This document shows, in pieces, positions 40,576-50,500 of a stretch of 64,000 nt of DNA. Positions within the stretch are counted from its first letter, which is position 1. Each line of letters starts with the position of its first letter. The stretch spans positions 13,383-77,382 of the forward strand of contig BPJL01000008.1 in the NCBI GenBank assembly GCA_026004595.1, in the 5' to 3' direction. The notes beneath the pieces were generated by a model. The model did not search any database, was not told the origin of the DNA, and saw nothing but the letters and a program-made list of their open reading frames with translations. A program made the position numbers and the translations under genes. Source of the DNA: Patescibacteria group bacterium (lineage in GTDB: Bacteria; Patescibacteriota; WWE3; UBA101185; UBA10185).

Positions 40576-41160
40576 CCCAAGATTCTTTTGTCTGCTTTTA
40601 TGGATTGTTCCAGTTGGGTCAGCGCAGTCCCTTGTCTTTGAGTACTCAAGCGAGGCATTTAAAACAAAGCTGACATCAAACTGAATTGGAGGAGGTTGAA
40701 TTGCAAAAGCTTTTATTCTTCTGTTTCTTACTTCAGAGTTCAAAACAAGATTCTCTGACACGTCGTTGAAAGAGAGTCTAATCAGCTTCTCGACACCAGA
40801 CGGCGAAACGAGAAGACACTGTGATCCAAAAACGCTAAACGTTCTCACAATTTTTACACCCTTTGAGTCTTCTTTTATCACCTCGTGGTGAATGCAAGAA
40901 TCATACCACTTGGCTAACCATAGTATATCAAAATCACTAACCGTTGAAAGAAACCAGTTAATAATATTTTTTAGTAGCTCAGGGGTAAGAAGTGTAGTTG
41001 AACTGTCTTTTGCTATTATACACCCACGGGGATTTAGTCTTAAACGTTCAATCACCTGTTTGAATGAACCATTTACCGTGACATTATCAAATTCAAAACC
41101 CTCGAAAATCTTTATAACTCTTGATTGGTTGTCATAATGAGAAATAATGTGAAGGTCCAT
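40495..41160 (-). CDS. C-terminally anchored protein, possibly degenerate GT25-like glycosyltransferase fold
   Basis: FDILWL and GSQCLLVSPSGVEKLI resemble GT25 motifs, but the EDD motif appears as KDS. Confidence 0.4.
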   Translation of the reverse strand: MDLHIISHYDNQSRVIKIFEGFEFDNVTVNGSFKQVIERLRLNPRGCIIAKDSSTTLLTPELLKNIINWFLSTVSDFDILWLAKWYDSCIHHEVIKEDSKGVKIVRTFSVFGSQCLLVSPSGVEKLIRLSFNDVSENLVLNSEVRNRRIKAFAIQPPPIQFDVSFVLNASLEYSKTRDCADPTGTIHKSRQKNLGLYFFIIIGIIISLIIVLKFNIYPYIR

Positions 41161-41279
41161 TTTGAGAAGTCGTGTTTAATTTGTTAGTGAATTAGTCAAG
41201 GTGTTTAACTAAGGTTTTATCGAGTATGTGTTGATGCTACGCTTTCGTAACATGCATATCTGGTGTTACACTCTCAGAT

Positions 41280-44200
41280 ATATACCGGTGATAATTGGTT
41301 CGCTAAACACGCTCGAGTCTCAAACAAGTGTCTAACCGAGTCACGTTTTGATAAATAGTCTTTTTTTAAAAAACATCAAAAGCATGATTTTATGGCCACT
41401 AGATGGTATCTGTGTTTTAAGCAAAGTGTTATAAGAAATTAAGATAAAAAACAACCCGTGATATAGTCGGGCTTAATTGGTTTTGGGAAACGCTTGTGAT
41501 ACTTTGAGACACTCAAACAAGTGTCTTACCTGGGACGTTTCGTTAAAATCCTTTCTAAAACAGTTTTTTTATCCGTGATAAACTTGATCAAAAAATGCCA
41601 AAAACATGATTTTTTATCCAGCTATATCCCGTTAAGAAAAGCATGTTTTTATGGCCACTAGATGGTATATACTGCTTGTTTTTTACAAAGTGTTATAAGA
41701 AACTAAGATAAAAAACACACGGGATGATTCTGGTGATAATTGGTCTTTGAGAAACATTTGATAGCTTTAAACCCTTAAACAAAACTTGTATCAAGTGATT
41801 CTTCGAGGCATGTTTCGTTAAAACTCTTTCTAAAACAGTCTTTTAAAACATTTGTTGTCAGTGATAAAACTTGATCAAAAATGCCAAAAACATGCTTTTT
41901 TATCCCAGTTTATCCCGTTGTAAAAAGCATGTTTTTATAGCCACTAGATGGTATATACTACTCGTTTTCTACAAACCTTTTTTAAAAAAATAAGATATAA
42001 AACACACGTGATACAACAGGGCTTAATTGGTCCTCGGGATACACTTGATTATCAAACAGATCTTGATCAAGTGTCTCGCAGGAGCACCTTCGATAAACCC
42101 TTTCTTAAACAGTCTTTTAAAAATAATTTTGACTTCATCTTGCTTGTGATAAACTTTGATCAAAAAACGTCAAAAACATACTTTTTTATCCCGCTATCAC
42201 CCGTTGTAAAAAGCATGTTTTTATAGCCACTAGATGGTATATACTACTCGTTTTTAACAAAGTTTTTAAAAAAAATAAGATATAAAACACACGGGATATA
42301 TAGGGCTTAATTGGTCCTCGGGATACATTTGATTATCAAACAGATCTTGATCAACTGTTTCTTCGACACATCTTCGACACAACTACGACACGTCTTAAGT
42401 TAAAACCTTTTTTAAACAGTCTTTTAAATTTTTTTTCCAGTGATAAAACTTGATCAAAAAACGTCAAAAACATACTTTTTTATCCCGCTATCTCCCGTTG
42501 TAAAAAGCATGTTTTTATAGCCACTAGATGATATATACTACTCGTTTTTAACAAAGTTTTCACAAATAAATAATATAAAAAACACACGGGATATATAGGG
42601 ATTAATTGGTTCTCAGGATACACTTGATTATCAAACAGATCTTGATCAACTGTTTCTTCGACACATCTTCGACACAACTACGACACGTCTTAAGTTAAAA
42701 CCTTTCTTAAACAGTCTTTTAAATTTTTTTTCCAGTGATAAAACTTGATCAAAAAACGTCAAAAACATACTTTTTTATCCCATTAACTCCCGTTGTAAAA
42801 AGCATGTTTTTATAGCCACTAGATGATATATACTACTCGTTTTTAACAAAGTTTTTTTAAAAAAATAAGATATAAAACACACGGGATATATAGGGATTAA
42901 TTGGTCCTCGGGATACACTTGATTATCAAACAGATCTTGATCAACTGTTTCTTCGACACATCTTCGACACAACTACGACACGTCTTAAGTTAAAACCTTT
43001 CTTAAACAGTCTTTTAAATTTTTTTTCCAGTGATAAAACTTGATCAAAAAACGTCAAAAACATACTTTTTTATCCCATTAACTCCCGTTGAAAGAAGCAT
43101 GTTTTTATAGCCACTAGATGATATATACTACTCGTTTTTAACAAAGTTTTTAAAAAAAATAAGATATAAAACACACGGGATACATAGGGATTAATTGGTC
43201 CTTGGGATACACTTGATTATCAAACAGATCTTGATCAACTGTTTATACGATACATCTTCGACACAACTACGACACGTCTTAAGTTAAAACCTTTCTTAAA
43301 CAGTCTTTTAAATTTTTTTTCCAGTGATAAAACTTGATCAAAAAACGTCAAAAACATACTTTTTTATCCCATTAACTCCCGTTATAAAAAGCATGTTTTT
43401 ATAGCCACTAGATGATATATACTACTCGTTTTCTACAAACCTTTTTTAAAAAAATAAGATATAAAACACACGGGATATATAGGGATTAATTGGTTCTCGG
43501 GATACACTTGATTATCAAACAGATCTTGATCAACTGTTTATACGATACATCTTCGACACGTCTTCGACACATCTTAAGTTAAAACCTTTCTTAAACAGTC
43601 TTTTAAATATTTTTTTCCAGTGATAAACTTGATCAAAAAACGTCAAAAACATACTTTTTTATCCCATTAACTCCCGTTGAAAGAAGCATGTTTTTATAGC
43701 CACTAGATGGTATATACTACTCGTTTTTAACAAAGTTTTCACAAATAAATAATATAAAAAACACACGGGATATATAGGGATTAATTGGTTCTCGGGATAC
43801 ACTTGATTATCAAACAGATCTTGATCAACTGTTTATACGATACATCTTCGACACGTCTTCGACACATCTTAAGTTAAAACCTTTCTTAAACATTCTTTTT
43901 AAATAACCTGTTATCTATGATAAAACTTGATCAAAAAACGTCAAAAACATACTTTTTTATACCGCTATCACCCGTTGTAAAAAGCATGTTTTTATAGCCA
44001 CTAGATGGGTATATACTACTCGTTTTTAACAAAGTTTTCACAAATAAATAATATAAAAAACACACGGGATATATAGGGATTAATTGGTTCTCGGGATACA
44101 CTTGATTATCAAACAGATCTTGATCAACTGTTTCTTCGACACATCTTCGACACAACTTTGAGACGTCTTAAGTTAAAACCTTTCTTAAACATTCTTTTTA

Positions 44201-44400
44201 AATAACCTGTTATCTATGATAAAACTTGATCAAAAAACGTCAAAAACATACTTTTTTATTCCTGTTTATCCCGTTAGAAAAAGCATGTTTTTATAGCCAC
44301 TAGATGGTATATACTACTGTGTTTTACGCAAAGCTCTATAAGAAATTAAAACAAAAAACACACGTGACATAGCTGGTGATAAAATGATATGATACATGCT
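41280..44400. repeat. Non-coding tandem array 2: eleven copies of the same unit family (mostly 286-299 bp)
   Basis: GCCACTAGATG core at 41395, 41654, 41940, 42226, 42520, 42815, 43110, 43404, 43699, 43997 and 44296, same orientation as array 1. Edges are degenerate. Confidence 0.97.
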
Positions 44401-44439
44401 TGATACTTAAACAGGTTTGTGACAGCCATGTTCTCGTGA

Positions 44440-45003
44440 TCAAGGTGTGTTTAAACACTTGATAAAGTCTATTAACAGCTGCTCATACAGTATTGTGTCG
44501 CTTAGGTCGTCCTTCTTTTTCTCGTTTAACAAGAGTTCTGGGTCTTCGCCGTTTTTCAACAGGAACTCTTTTGCCTTTTCTACTGAAAGTTTCTTAACGT
44601 TTTCTTTTCTTTTCTTAAAAAACCTGTTTTTTAGTTTCGAATTGATACTAACTATTGAGGGTAACCTGTCCTTTAGTAACACCATTAAAGAGCTGATTAT
44701 ATGCTGTTCCATTCTGGTTAGTTCATGATTAAAAGGCATCTGGGACTCTACTCCTATGACTGATGACTTTTTTATCTCTGGTAAAAGTTCCTCCATGATT
44801 TTCACTAGGTTAAGGTAAGACCCATTATAGTCAAGGGTCTTATCTGGTTTTAAGTCAAACCTTTTTAGTATCACCGTTTTTGATCTGTCTGTGTCGGGTG
44901 AGTAAAGAGACATTCTAACTGCAAGGTTTCTTATTCCTGGGTCAATTGTTGTTATGTAAAAGGGTTTATCCGGTCTTATAACAAGTGGTGTGAAAAACTT
45001 CAT
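44440..45003 (-). CDS. Holliday junction resolvase (RuvC / poxvirus A22-like)
   Basis: TIDPGIRNLA, GVESQ, KKDDLSDT acidic tetrad; start MKFF at 45003. Confidence 0.9.
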   Translation of the reverse strand: MKFFTPLVIRPDKPFYITTIDPGIRNLAVRMSLYSPDTDRSKTVILKRFDLKPDKTLDYNGSYLNLVKIMEELLPEIKKSSVIGVESQMPFNHELTRMEQHIISSLMVLLKDRLPSIVSINSKLKNRFFKKRKENVKKLSVEKAKEFLLKNGEDPELLLNEKKKDDLSDTILYEQLLIDFIKCLNTP

Positions 45004-45027
45004 TTTAATAAACAGCCCGTTCAAACT

Positions 45028-45855
45028 CTAGTCATTTTTTCCCTGAAGTATAACCGTTAATTCAGCGAACACACCACAGGGTACTTCTAATCTTGTGATC
45101 TGGTTTTTCTTTGAATAAACTCTCACGATTCCGTTTAGGTTTAGGTTTATCATCTTTGACAGTGCTTTCATATCACTGTGTGAAACCTTTGTAACGAACT
45201 TTTTCTGCGAGTCATCACAGTTTCCCCATGTGTCATTTCTCCCCATTGACCCCGTTTGGGTGTAAGTTACTATTCTAACACCATTTGGATAGACTATTAT
45301 CGCTGAGTTGTTTTTCGTTTTTGCTATTCCTGAGCATATTGTGCAGAATGACACTAAAGGTATCACATGGTTTGGTAGATCATTTTCTTTTACACCGTCC
45401 TCTACTTCATAGCTTATGTGTTCATATGCCTGTGTTCTAAAGTAGATTACACCCTGAGAAAGGAGTTTTCCTCCACCTAGCGCCTTTCCAAACACGTAGT
45501 CTCTGTAATCACTGCTTTGATAGATTGTGATACCATCTCTTTTCGATATGTTCTTTATCTGTTCCAAAAAGAATGCGATGTTAATGTTGACTTTATGCTG
45601 ATTACACCCTTTATCATTGAACTTTTCTTCATTGATATAATACTTTATCAGGTTTTTTCTATTTATAAAGAGTCTAACCAGCATTGTGTTTTGACCGTTT
45701 CCCCTTTCCAGGTATATACCTTTGCTGTTTATGGTTAGGGGAGCGCATGGTAAAGCCAGCCTAAGAAACTCAAATAGTTGTCTTAGCGTGTAACCATCGT
45801 GAAAATCTATTTCAAAAATAAGCTCGTCTTTATTAATAACTTCTCCTGGTATCAT
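45028..45855 (-). CDS. PCNA-like sliding clamp
   Basis: N-terminus IFEIDFHDGYTLRQLFEFL...INSKGIYL...MLVRLFI matches the PCNA pattern; ~275 aa with terminal beta strands. Confidence 0.75.
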   Translation of the reverse strand: MIPGEVINKDELIFEIDFHDGYTLRQLFEFLRLALPCAPLTINSKGIYLERGNGQNTMLVRLFINRKNLIKYYINEEKFNDKGCNQHKVNINIAFFLEQIKNISKRDGITIYQSSDYRDYVFGKALGGGKLLSQGVIYFRTQAYEHISYEVEDGVKENDLPNHVIPLVSFCTICSGIAKTKNNSAIIVYPNGVRIVTYTQTGSMGRNDTWGNCDDSQKKFVTKVSHSDMKALSKMINLNLNGIVRVYSKKNQITRLEVPCGVFAELTVILQGKND

Positions 45856-45898
45856 TTTTAACATTATATGAAATAAAATTAATACAGTTTCATATAAA

Positions 45899-46210
45899 AT
45901 GGATAACATAATGACGAAGTATGAATACGCAAGGTTATTGGGTACACTTGCTAAACTCTACGAAAAAGACTTTCCTGTGCATCCAAAGTTAATGGAAGAA
46001 GCAAAGAAAAGAAAAATCTACGACCCACTTGATCTAGCTACCCTTCACCTTAGCATGAAGGAGCTTCCCTGTCCGATTCTTTTGGTTAGACGCCGTCCCG
46101 ACGGCTCTGTATTGAAGCTTTCCCCCAGAGAGATGATATTACCCGACGAACTAACCATCGAAAACGATTCTCTTTTTAACGGGGGTATTGTTGTTTTTAG
46201 GGCTACTTAA
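45899..46210 (+). CDS. RPB6: RNA polymerase subunit RPB6 (omega family)
   Basis: MTKYEYARLLG, DPLDLA, PILLVRRRPDGS. Confidence 0.88.
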   Translation: MDNIMTKYEYARLLGTLAKLYEKDFPVHPKLMEEAKKRKIYDPLDLATLHLSMKELPCPILLVRRRPDGSVLKLSPREMILPDELTIENDSLFNGGIVVFRAT

Positions 46211-46651
46211 CACGTTTGTTAACTGATTCTGGATAAGGGAACTGATTCCGTCTCCTCCCAGCATGTTTGATAGGAACTTTACCGCGAAGAACATAACCGT
46301 GTTTAACAGCATCACGATTAACAGACGGACTTCTACTGGCCACTTTCTATCTGACTCAACAAAATATTTTTCACAAAGTTCTATCAGAATCTCTTTGTAG
46401 CTTGAGATTGATTTGATCTGGTGACTTGCATAGCCTTTCATATCAAGACCAAAAACTCTGACGAAAAGAAACTCTATCGCGAGAAAGAAAAGATGGAGAT
46501 AGATATTCCAGTTATCAATGTTAAACTTTGGTTTTTCCACCACTTGATTCGGTTTACTGATTGGTATACTTGGCTGCTCTACGCTTTCTTCAGAATCACT
46601 TTCTATATCAGGAATAGTTGGAATTGGAAGTTTAAAACAGTGTTGATCCAT
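46151..46651 (-). CDS. Conserved NCLDV-type hypothetical protein
   Basis: Start MDQHC at 46651; YKEILIELCEKY...WPVEVRLL resembles a widespread NCLDV family (recalled, unverified). Confidence 0.6.
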   Translation of the reverse strand: MDQHCFKLPIPTIPDIESDSEESVEQPSIPISKPNQVVEKPKFNIDNWNIYLHLFFLAIEFLFVRVFGLDMKGYASHQIKSISSYKEILIELCEKYFVESDRKWPVEVRLLIVMLLNTVMFFAVKFLSNMLGGDGISSLIQNQLTNVLSSPKNNNTPVKKRIVFDG

Positions 46652-46694
46652 TTTAATTAAAAAATAAAAGTTTATACTACTTCCATTATAAAAA

Positions 46695-47969
46695 ATGATC
46701 ACAATCGATCTTGGTGTTGAAAGGCTAGCCGAAGGAGAAGTTATACAAGAAGCTATTAATGATGATATACCGGTGTATAACATCTTTGAAACGCCTCCGA
46801 ACCCTGAAACGTTAAAACATAAAAAAGAGCTTGACGAAAGAGAACAAAAGCTGTTAACCGTGAAAAAGTGGATGTTTAAGCCCCTTTACAAACAACAGTT
46901 CGGGCGTTCAGCCCCGTCTGTCTGGTACGTGATTTATGACGAAGAGAATCACGTGTTAGAAAAAGTGTCGGGTATGATTGGTGGTGCTTTGCGTTCAGTA
47001 AAACAGGAGGTTAAACTCAATGAGTCTGGTCGCGGTTATCACGAACAGGCTGTTCTTGAAGCAAGGTCACTTTACGTGAAAAAGTATAGAAACGACCTTT
47101 ACTATCCAGCTGGAGAACCACCTCCTTTACTCAAGGAACCGATGCTTGCCAGCAAGTACGAACCAAACATGAAACTTAATTTTCCCGTGATAGTACAACC
47201 CAAACTTGATGGTGCAAGGTGTATAGTCAGAATAATCAATGGAGAAGTTGAGTTTAGATCAAGGGGTAACAAAAAGTTTTGTCATCTAAATAATGAATTT
47301 GGAGACGAAATTAGCAAATTTATGTCCTATCTTCCATTTAGATGTCAACTTGATGGTGAAGTGTACATTCACGGTGTATCATTTTCAAAGTTTACTGAAG
47401 CACTTAAGAACGTTAACAAGAAGGTTCCCCTTTTATCAAAGGCCTACTATATGATATTTGACCTGATAGTTGACAACGTACCAGCAAGAGAAAGGCACCA
47501 GATAGCAGAAGACGCCTTTAGGGCTTACAGACTTGACGGTAACAGCTTTAACAGGTTTAGAGTAGTCAGGTCTTTTCTTGCCAATTCTCACGAGGAGATA
47601 GCAAAAGCACACAGAATATTTAGAGAGAACGGTTTTGAGGGAACAATCATAAGAAAGTGTGATGCCTTCTACAAACCGAGAACAGGAACCTGTATGCTTA
47701 AGTTGAAAGACATTCAAGATGCTGAGGGAACGGTGGTAAAAGTTGAAGAGGGAAAGGGTAACGAAAAAGGGTTAGCGATTCTCGTGATAGAGTGTGAAAA
47801 CGGCAAAAGGGTTAGAATGAGACCAGCCTTTCCCTTTTCTGTAAGGAGAGAATGGTTTTTAAAACCAGAAACCATTTTAGGCAAAAAGGTAACGTATCAG
47901 TACCAAACAATATCTGATTATGGTGTACCGATTCATCCCGTGATGAAAGCGGTGAGGGACTACGAATGA
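46695..47969 (+). CDS. ATP-dependent DNA ligase
   Basis: Motif I QPKLDGARC, SRGNK, LDGEVY, IFD, FEGTIIR, LKLK and OB-fold C-terminus. Confidence 0.93.
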   Translation: MITIDLGVERLAEGEVIQEAINDDIPVYNIFETPPNPETLKHKKELDEREQKLLTVKKWMFKPLYKQQFGRSAPSVWYVIYDEENHVLEKVSGMIGGALRSVKQEVKLNESGRGYHEQAVLEARSLYVKKYRNDLYYPAGEPPPLLKEPMLASKYEPNMKLNFPVIVQPKLDGARCIVRIINGEVEFRSRGNKKFCHLNNEFGDEISKFMSYLPFRCQLDGEVYIHGVSFSKFTEALKNVNKKVPLLSKAYYMIFDLIVDNVPARERHQIAEDAFRAYRLDGNSFNRFRVVRSFLANSHEEIAKAHRIFRENGFEGTIIRKCDAFYKPRTGTCMLKLKDIQDAEGTVVKVEEGKGNEKGLAILVIECENGKRVRMRPAFPFSVRREWFLKPETILGKKVTYQYQTISDYGVPIHPVMKAVRDYE

Positions 47970-47971
47970 TC

Positions 47972-49183
47972 CTATATCAAGGGCGTGTACTTTAGACCCG
48001 TTCTTTCACACATTATTTTCCACATTCTATCATGGTACTCTAACGACTCCCTTGAAGAAATAGTCTTAAAGTCAGTTAGTTCACATGGGTAGTCTCTGGC
48101 TTTAAGATGAAGGTAGAGCCTTAGTTGGACATTAAGACTGGAACCCCTTTCCTTTATCTCTTCATAAACCTTTTGTGTTTCTTCATAGTCCTTGATTATC
48201 TGTTGTCTTATGTCTGAAATGTCTGGAGGTTTCCACCCCCAATAGTTCATTGCGATATGATTAACACAACCATAATACTGTGAGTTCTTCGTAGCGGAAA
48301 GGGCTTGAATTAGTATCTGGATTGACGTGTTCTCTCTTTTTCCATTATCAAGGAGTTTAAACCTTTTCTTAACCTCTTCCCCAGTATAAAAGCCGATACT
48401 GGTGAAATAGTTATCCAGGTCTTTATAAAGTTTACTGGGTATGGCTATATGAGTTTTACCGGAGAACTGATCAAGTGCTTTGATAAAGTTACTTCTGTCA
48501 TCATATTCTGTTTTGCCAGAGCTGTTAAGTCTATCTATGTCTTTATAAACTATCTCGTTGACGTAAGAGAGGGCTTTATACCCGCATTCACATTCTGTGT
48601 CATCACTGGACTGTTTTCCACAGCCTTCACACAAAATCTTTTTATCAAACTCTCTTATCACGTCAAACTCAACGTAATCACTTGCAACGGTGATATACTT
48701 TTCTATTAGGTCTAACACGTTAGAGTTATCACTGTCTTTCTCACCGAATACAACTTTAGAAATTAACTTTACATACTTTTCTAGTAAGGGCTTTGCTCTT
48801 GAAGAATATGATTCCCAGTGTTTACCGGAATCATATTTTTTTATCTCCTCCTCCAGTTCTTTTATTGTCTCTAGTATCTTCGTTGACTCAACAAGAGTTA
48901 AATTCTTTTTCTCTAGTATCTTTTTTAAGAAAATAATCCTGCTTTTATACTCCTTTACCATAAACCTTTTATACGAAAAAAGTCTTCTGATTGAATCATG
49001 TATCTTGATTATGTCAATGTTTTTCTTCAAAACAACTTTTATCATTTTTGGATACTCGATTATTTTCGGAGAAGGTGTATTAAAGTTAAGTATCTCTGAA
49101 ATATTATCATCATAAACAGGCGGTTCATCTAGACTAAATGATATGTCTATATTTTCATCTGTTCCTGAGAACTTTACTATCAT
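47972..49183 (-). CDS. Late transcription factor VLTF3 (poxvirus A2-like)
   Basis: CEGC..CECG Zn ribbon, YDDRSNFIKALDQFSGK, HDRMWKIMCERTGLKY. Confidence 0.88.
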   Translation of the reverse strand: MIVKFSGTDENIDISFSLDEPPVYDDNISEILNFNTPSPKIIEYPKMIKVVLKKNIDIIKIHDSIRRLFSYKRFMVKEYKSRIIFLKKILEKKNLTLVESTKILETIKELEEEIKKYDSGKHWESYSSRAKPLLEKYVKLISKVVFGEKDSDNSNVLDLIEKYITVASDYVEFDVIREFDKKILCEGCGKQSSDDTECECGYKALSYVNEIVYKDIDRLNSSGKTEYDDRSNFIKALDQFSGKTHIAIPSKLYKDLDNYFTSIGFYTGEEVKKRFKLLDNGKRENTSIQILIQALSATKNSQYYGCVNHIAMNYWGWKPPDISDIRQQIIKDYEETQKVYEEIKERGSSLNVQLRLYLHLKARDYPCELTDFKTISSRESLEYHDRMWKIMCERTGLKYTPLI

Positions 49184-49217
49184 ATTTTAATTTTGGGTTT
49201 ATATGTTTTTGCGTTTC

Positions 49218-50201
49218 TTATACCATTTTATTTTTAATGCTGCTTAAGTCAATGCTACGCTGAGACTTTTTTTCCTCAAGATCCTTCACTTTTTCCTTAA
49301 GCTCATTAATAAAGTTTTTATAACGATCTCCATTATCACCCAGAATATTAAACAGCTTCTTAAAGTCTTCCTTTCTTTCGTTTTTTATCTTTCCATTTTC
49401 AGCAATCTCATCGCTGTCATAGAAAACAAACACCTTGTTATAGGGAGGAGTGTCACCGAAGAACAATGCTTTCTCTTCTGGTTGATTTTTACGACTATAT
49501 AGCCTTGTCATTCTATCTCCATTGAACCTGGTAGCGTTAACATATTTTGCAGACCTGATAATATTTAAAATAAGGTCTTGCCTCTTATCAGCTGGTAGTT
49601 TGCTTGGACTTTTTGTTACCGTTACAGCCGTTTCAGCATCAACCACCTGAAGATCATTCTTCTTTAAAATATCAGTAAGTGTTCTAGCAAGAACGTTACC
49701 CGTTGTTAAACTGCTTGTTTCTTTGGCTATTGTCTTTGACTCTTCAACAAGCCTCTCAAAGAGATTTTTCCTTGTTGTTAATCCGTTACTGTGTATTGAG
49801 AGTCTTCCGTCTCGATTCTTCTTAAGGTATATTTCTTCAATCATTTTTTTGTCGTCCTGATAGTTATCGATCGTGAGCATGCTTTCTAGAAGCTTTAACT
49901 TTAACTCTTCAGCCTCTTTTTTATCATCAATGATAGCCCTCGTGATAATATCAGTTAATATCATTATGTCTTTTTCAACCCCTGCTAGCCTTAGTGATGG
50001 AAGGTAAACAAATTCATTATCATACACTCTGGAACCTGGTTTCCAAAAGGTTTTAGTTGATGCACTGATTTTTACCTCGCCGAAGGTATAAGACACTGCC
50101 CCTTTGTTCGACGTCCTCAGTGAAACCCTGATAAAATGCTCCGGGGATAGGTTTTTATACTTTTTCAGATACCTGTCTACAATAGCACTTTCACTTGTCA
50201 T
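49218..50201 (-). CDS. Hypothetical basic protein
   Basis: 327-aa ORF, TAAAATG start. Confidence 0.65.
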   Translation of the reverse strand: MTSESAIVDRYLKKYKNLSPEHFIRVSLRTSNKGAVSYTFGEVKISASTKTFWKPGSRVYDNEFVYLPSLRLAGVEKDIMILTDIITRAIIDDKKEAEELKLKLLESMLTIDNYQDDKKMIEEIYLKKNRDGRLSIHSNGLTTRKNLFERLVEESKTIAKETSSLTTGNVLARTLTDILKKNDLQVVDAETAVTVTKSPSKLPADKRQDLILNIIRSAKYVNATRFNGDRMTRLYSRKNQPEEKALFFGDTPPYNKVFVFYDSDEIAENGKIKNERKEDFKKLFNILGDNGDRYKNFINELKEKVKDLEEKKSQRSIDLSSIKNKMV

Positions 50202-50239
50202 TTTATAAACTTATCTTTTGTTTAATGCAGTTTCAATGA

Positions 50240-50491
50240 CTAATCTACTACAGAACTTCGTCGGGTAGTTTCCAACTTCGTCTCAATTTCATCAAGTCTT
50301 TCACTGAGTTTATTAACGGACGAAGCAAGCATGTTAAAATGTTCTATGTAGTGTTCCTGAAGTTTTACTATTTCGTTCATTTTCTCCATTATCTCGTTGT
50401 ATCTTTTGATTATAAAAACATAGGATCCTGTGCTTAACATTAGATTGCTTACAGTTATAACACCTAATGGTGTAAAGAAAGAGTTTTCCAT
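50240..50491 (-). CDS. Small membrane-anchored coiled-coil protein
   Basis: Hydrophobic N-terminus followed by heptad repeats. Confidence 0.55.
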   Translation of the reverse strand: MENSFFTPLGVITVSNLMLSTGSYVFIIKRYNEIMEKMNEIVKLQEHYIEHFNMLASSVNKLSERLDEIETKLETTRRSSVVD

Positions 50492-50500
50492 TTTAAACTA

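Noticed and set aside
42226-43699. 294-295 bp period equal to two 147-bp nucleosome lengths
   Set aside because: No internal 147-bp subrepeat was seen, other units are 259-317 bp, and no histone gene is in the window. Treated as coincidence.
41948-44155. Short ORFs inside array 2 (92, 65, 65 and 74 aa)
   Set aside because: They recur only because the unit repeats. Homopolymer indels break the frame in other units, and starts are mostly non-ATG.
41280-44400. CRISPR-like array interpretation of the tandem arrays (also 19960-21640)
   Set aside because: Units are ~290 bp and homologous along their whole length. The variable parts are diverged copies of each other, not unique spacers, and no cas genes were seen.
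19960-44400. Calling the repeat units a bona fide MITE or transposon
   Set aside because: The inverted arms are internal to tandem units. No target-site duplication or transposase could be identified here, so mobility remains a hypothesis.
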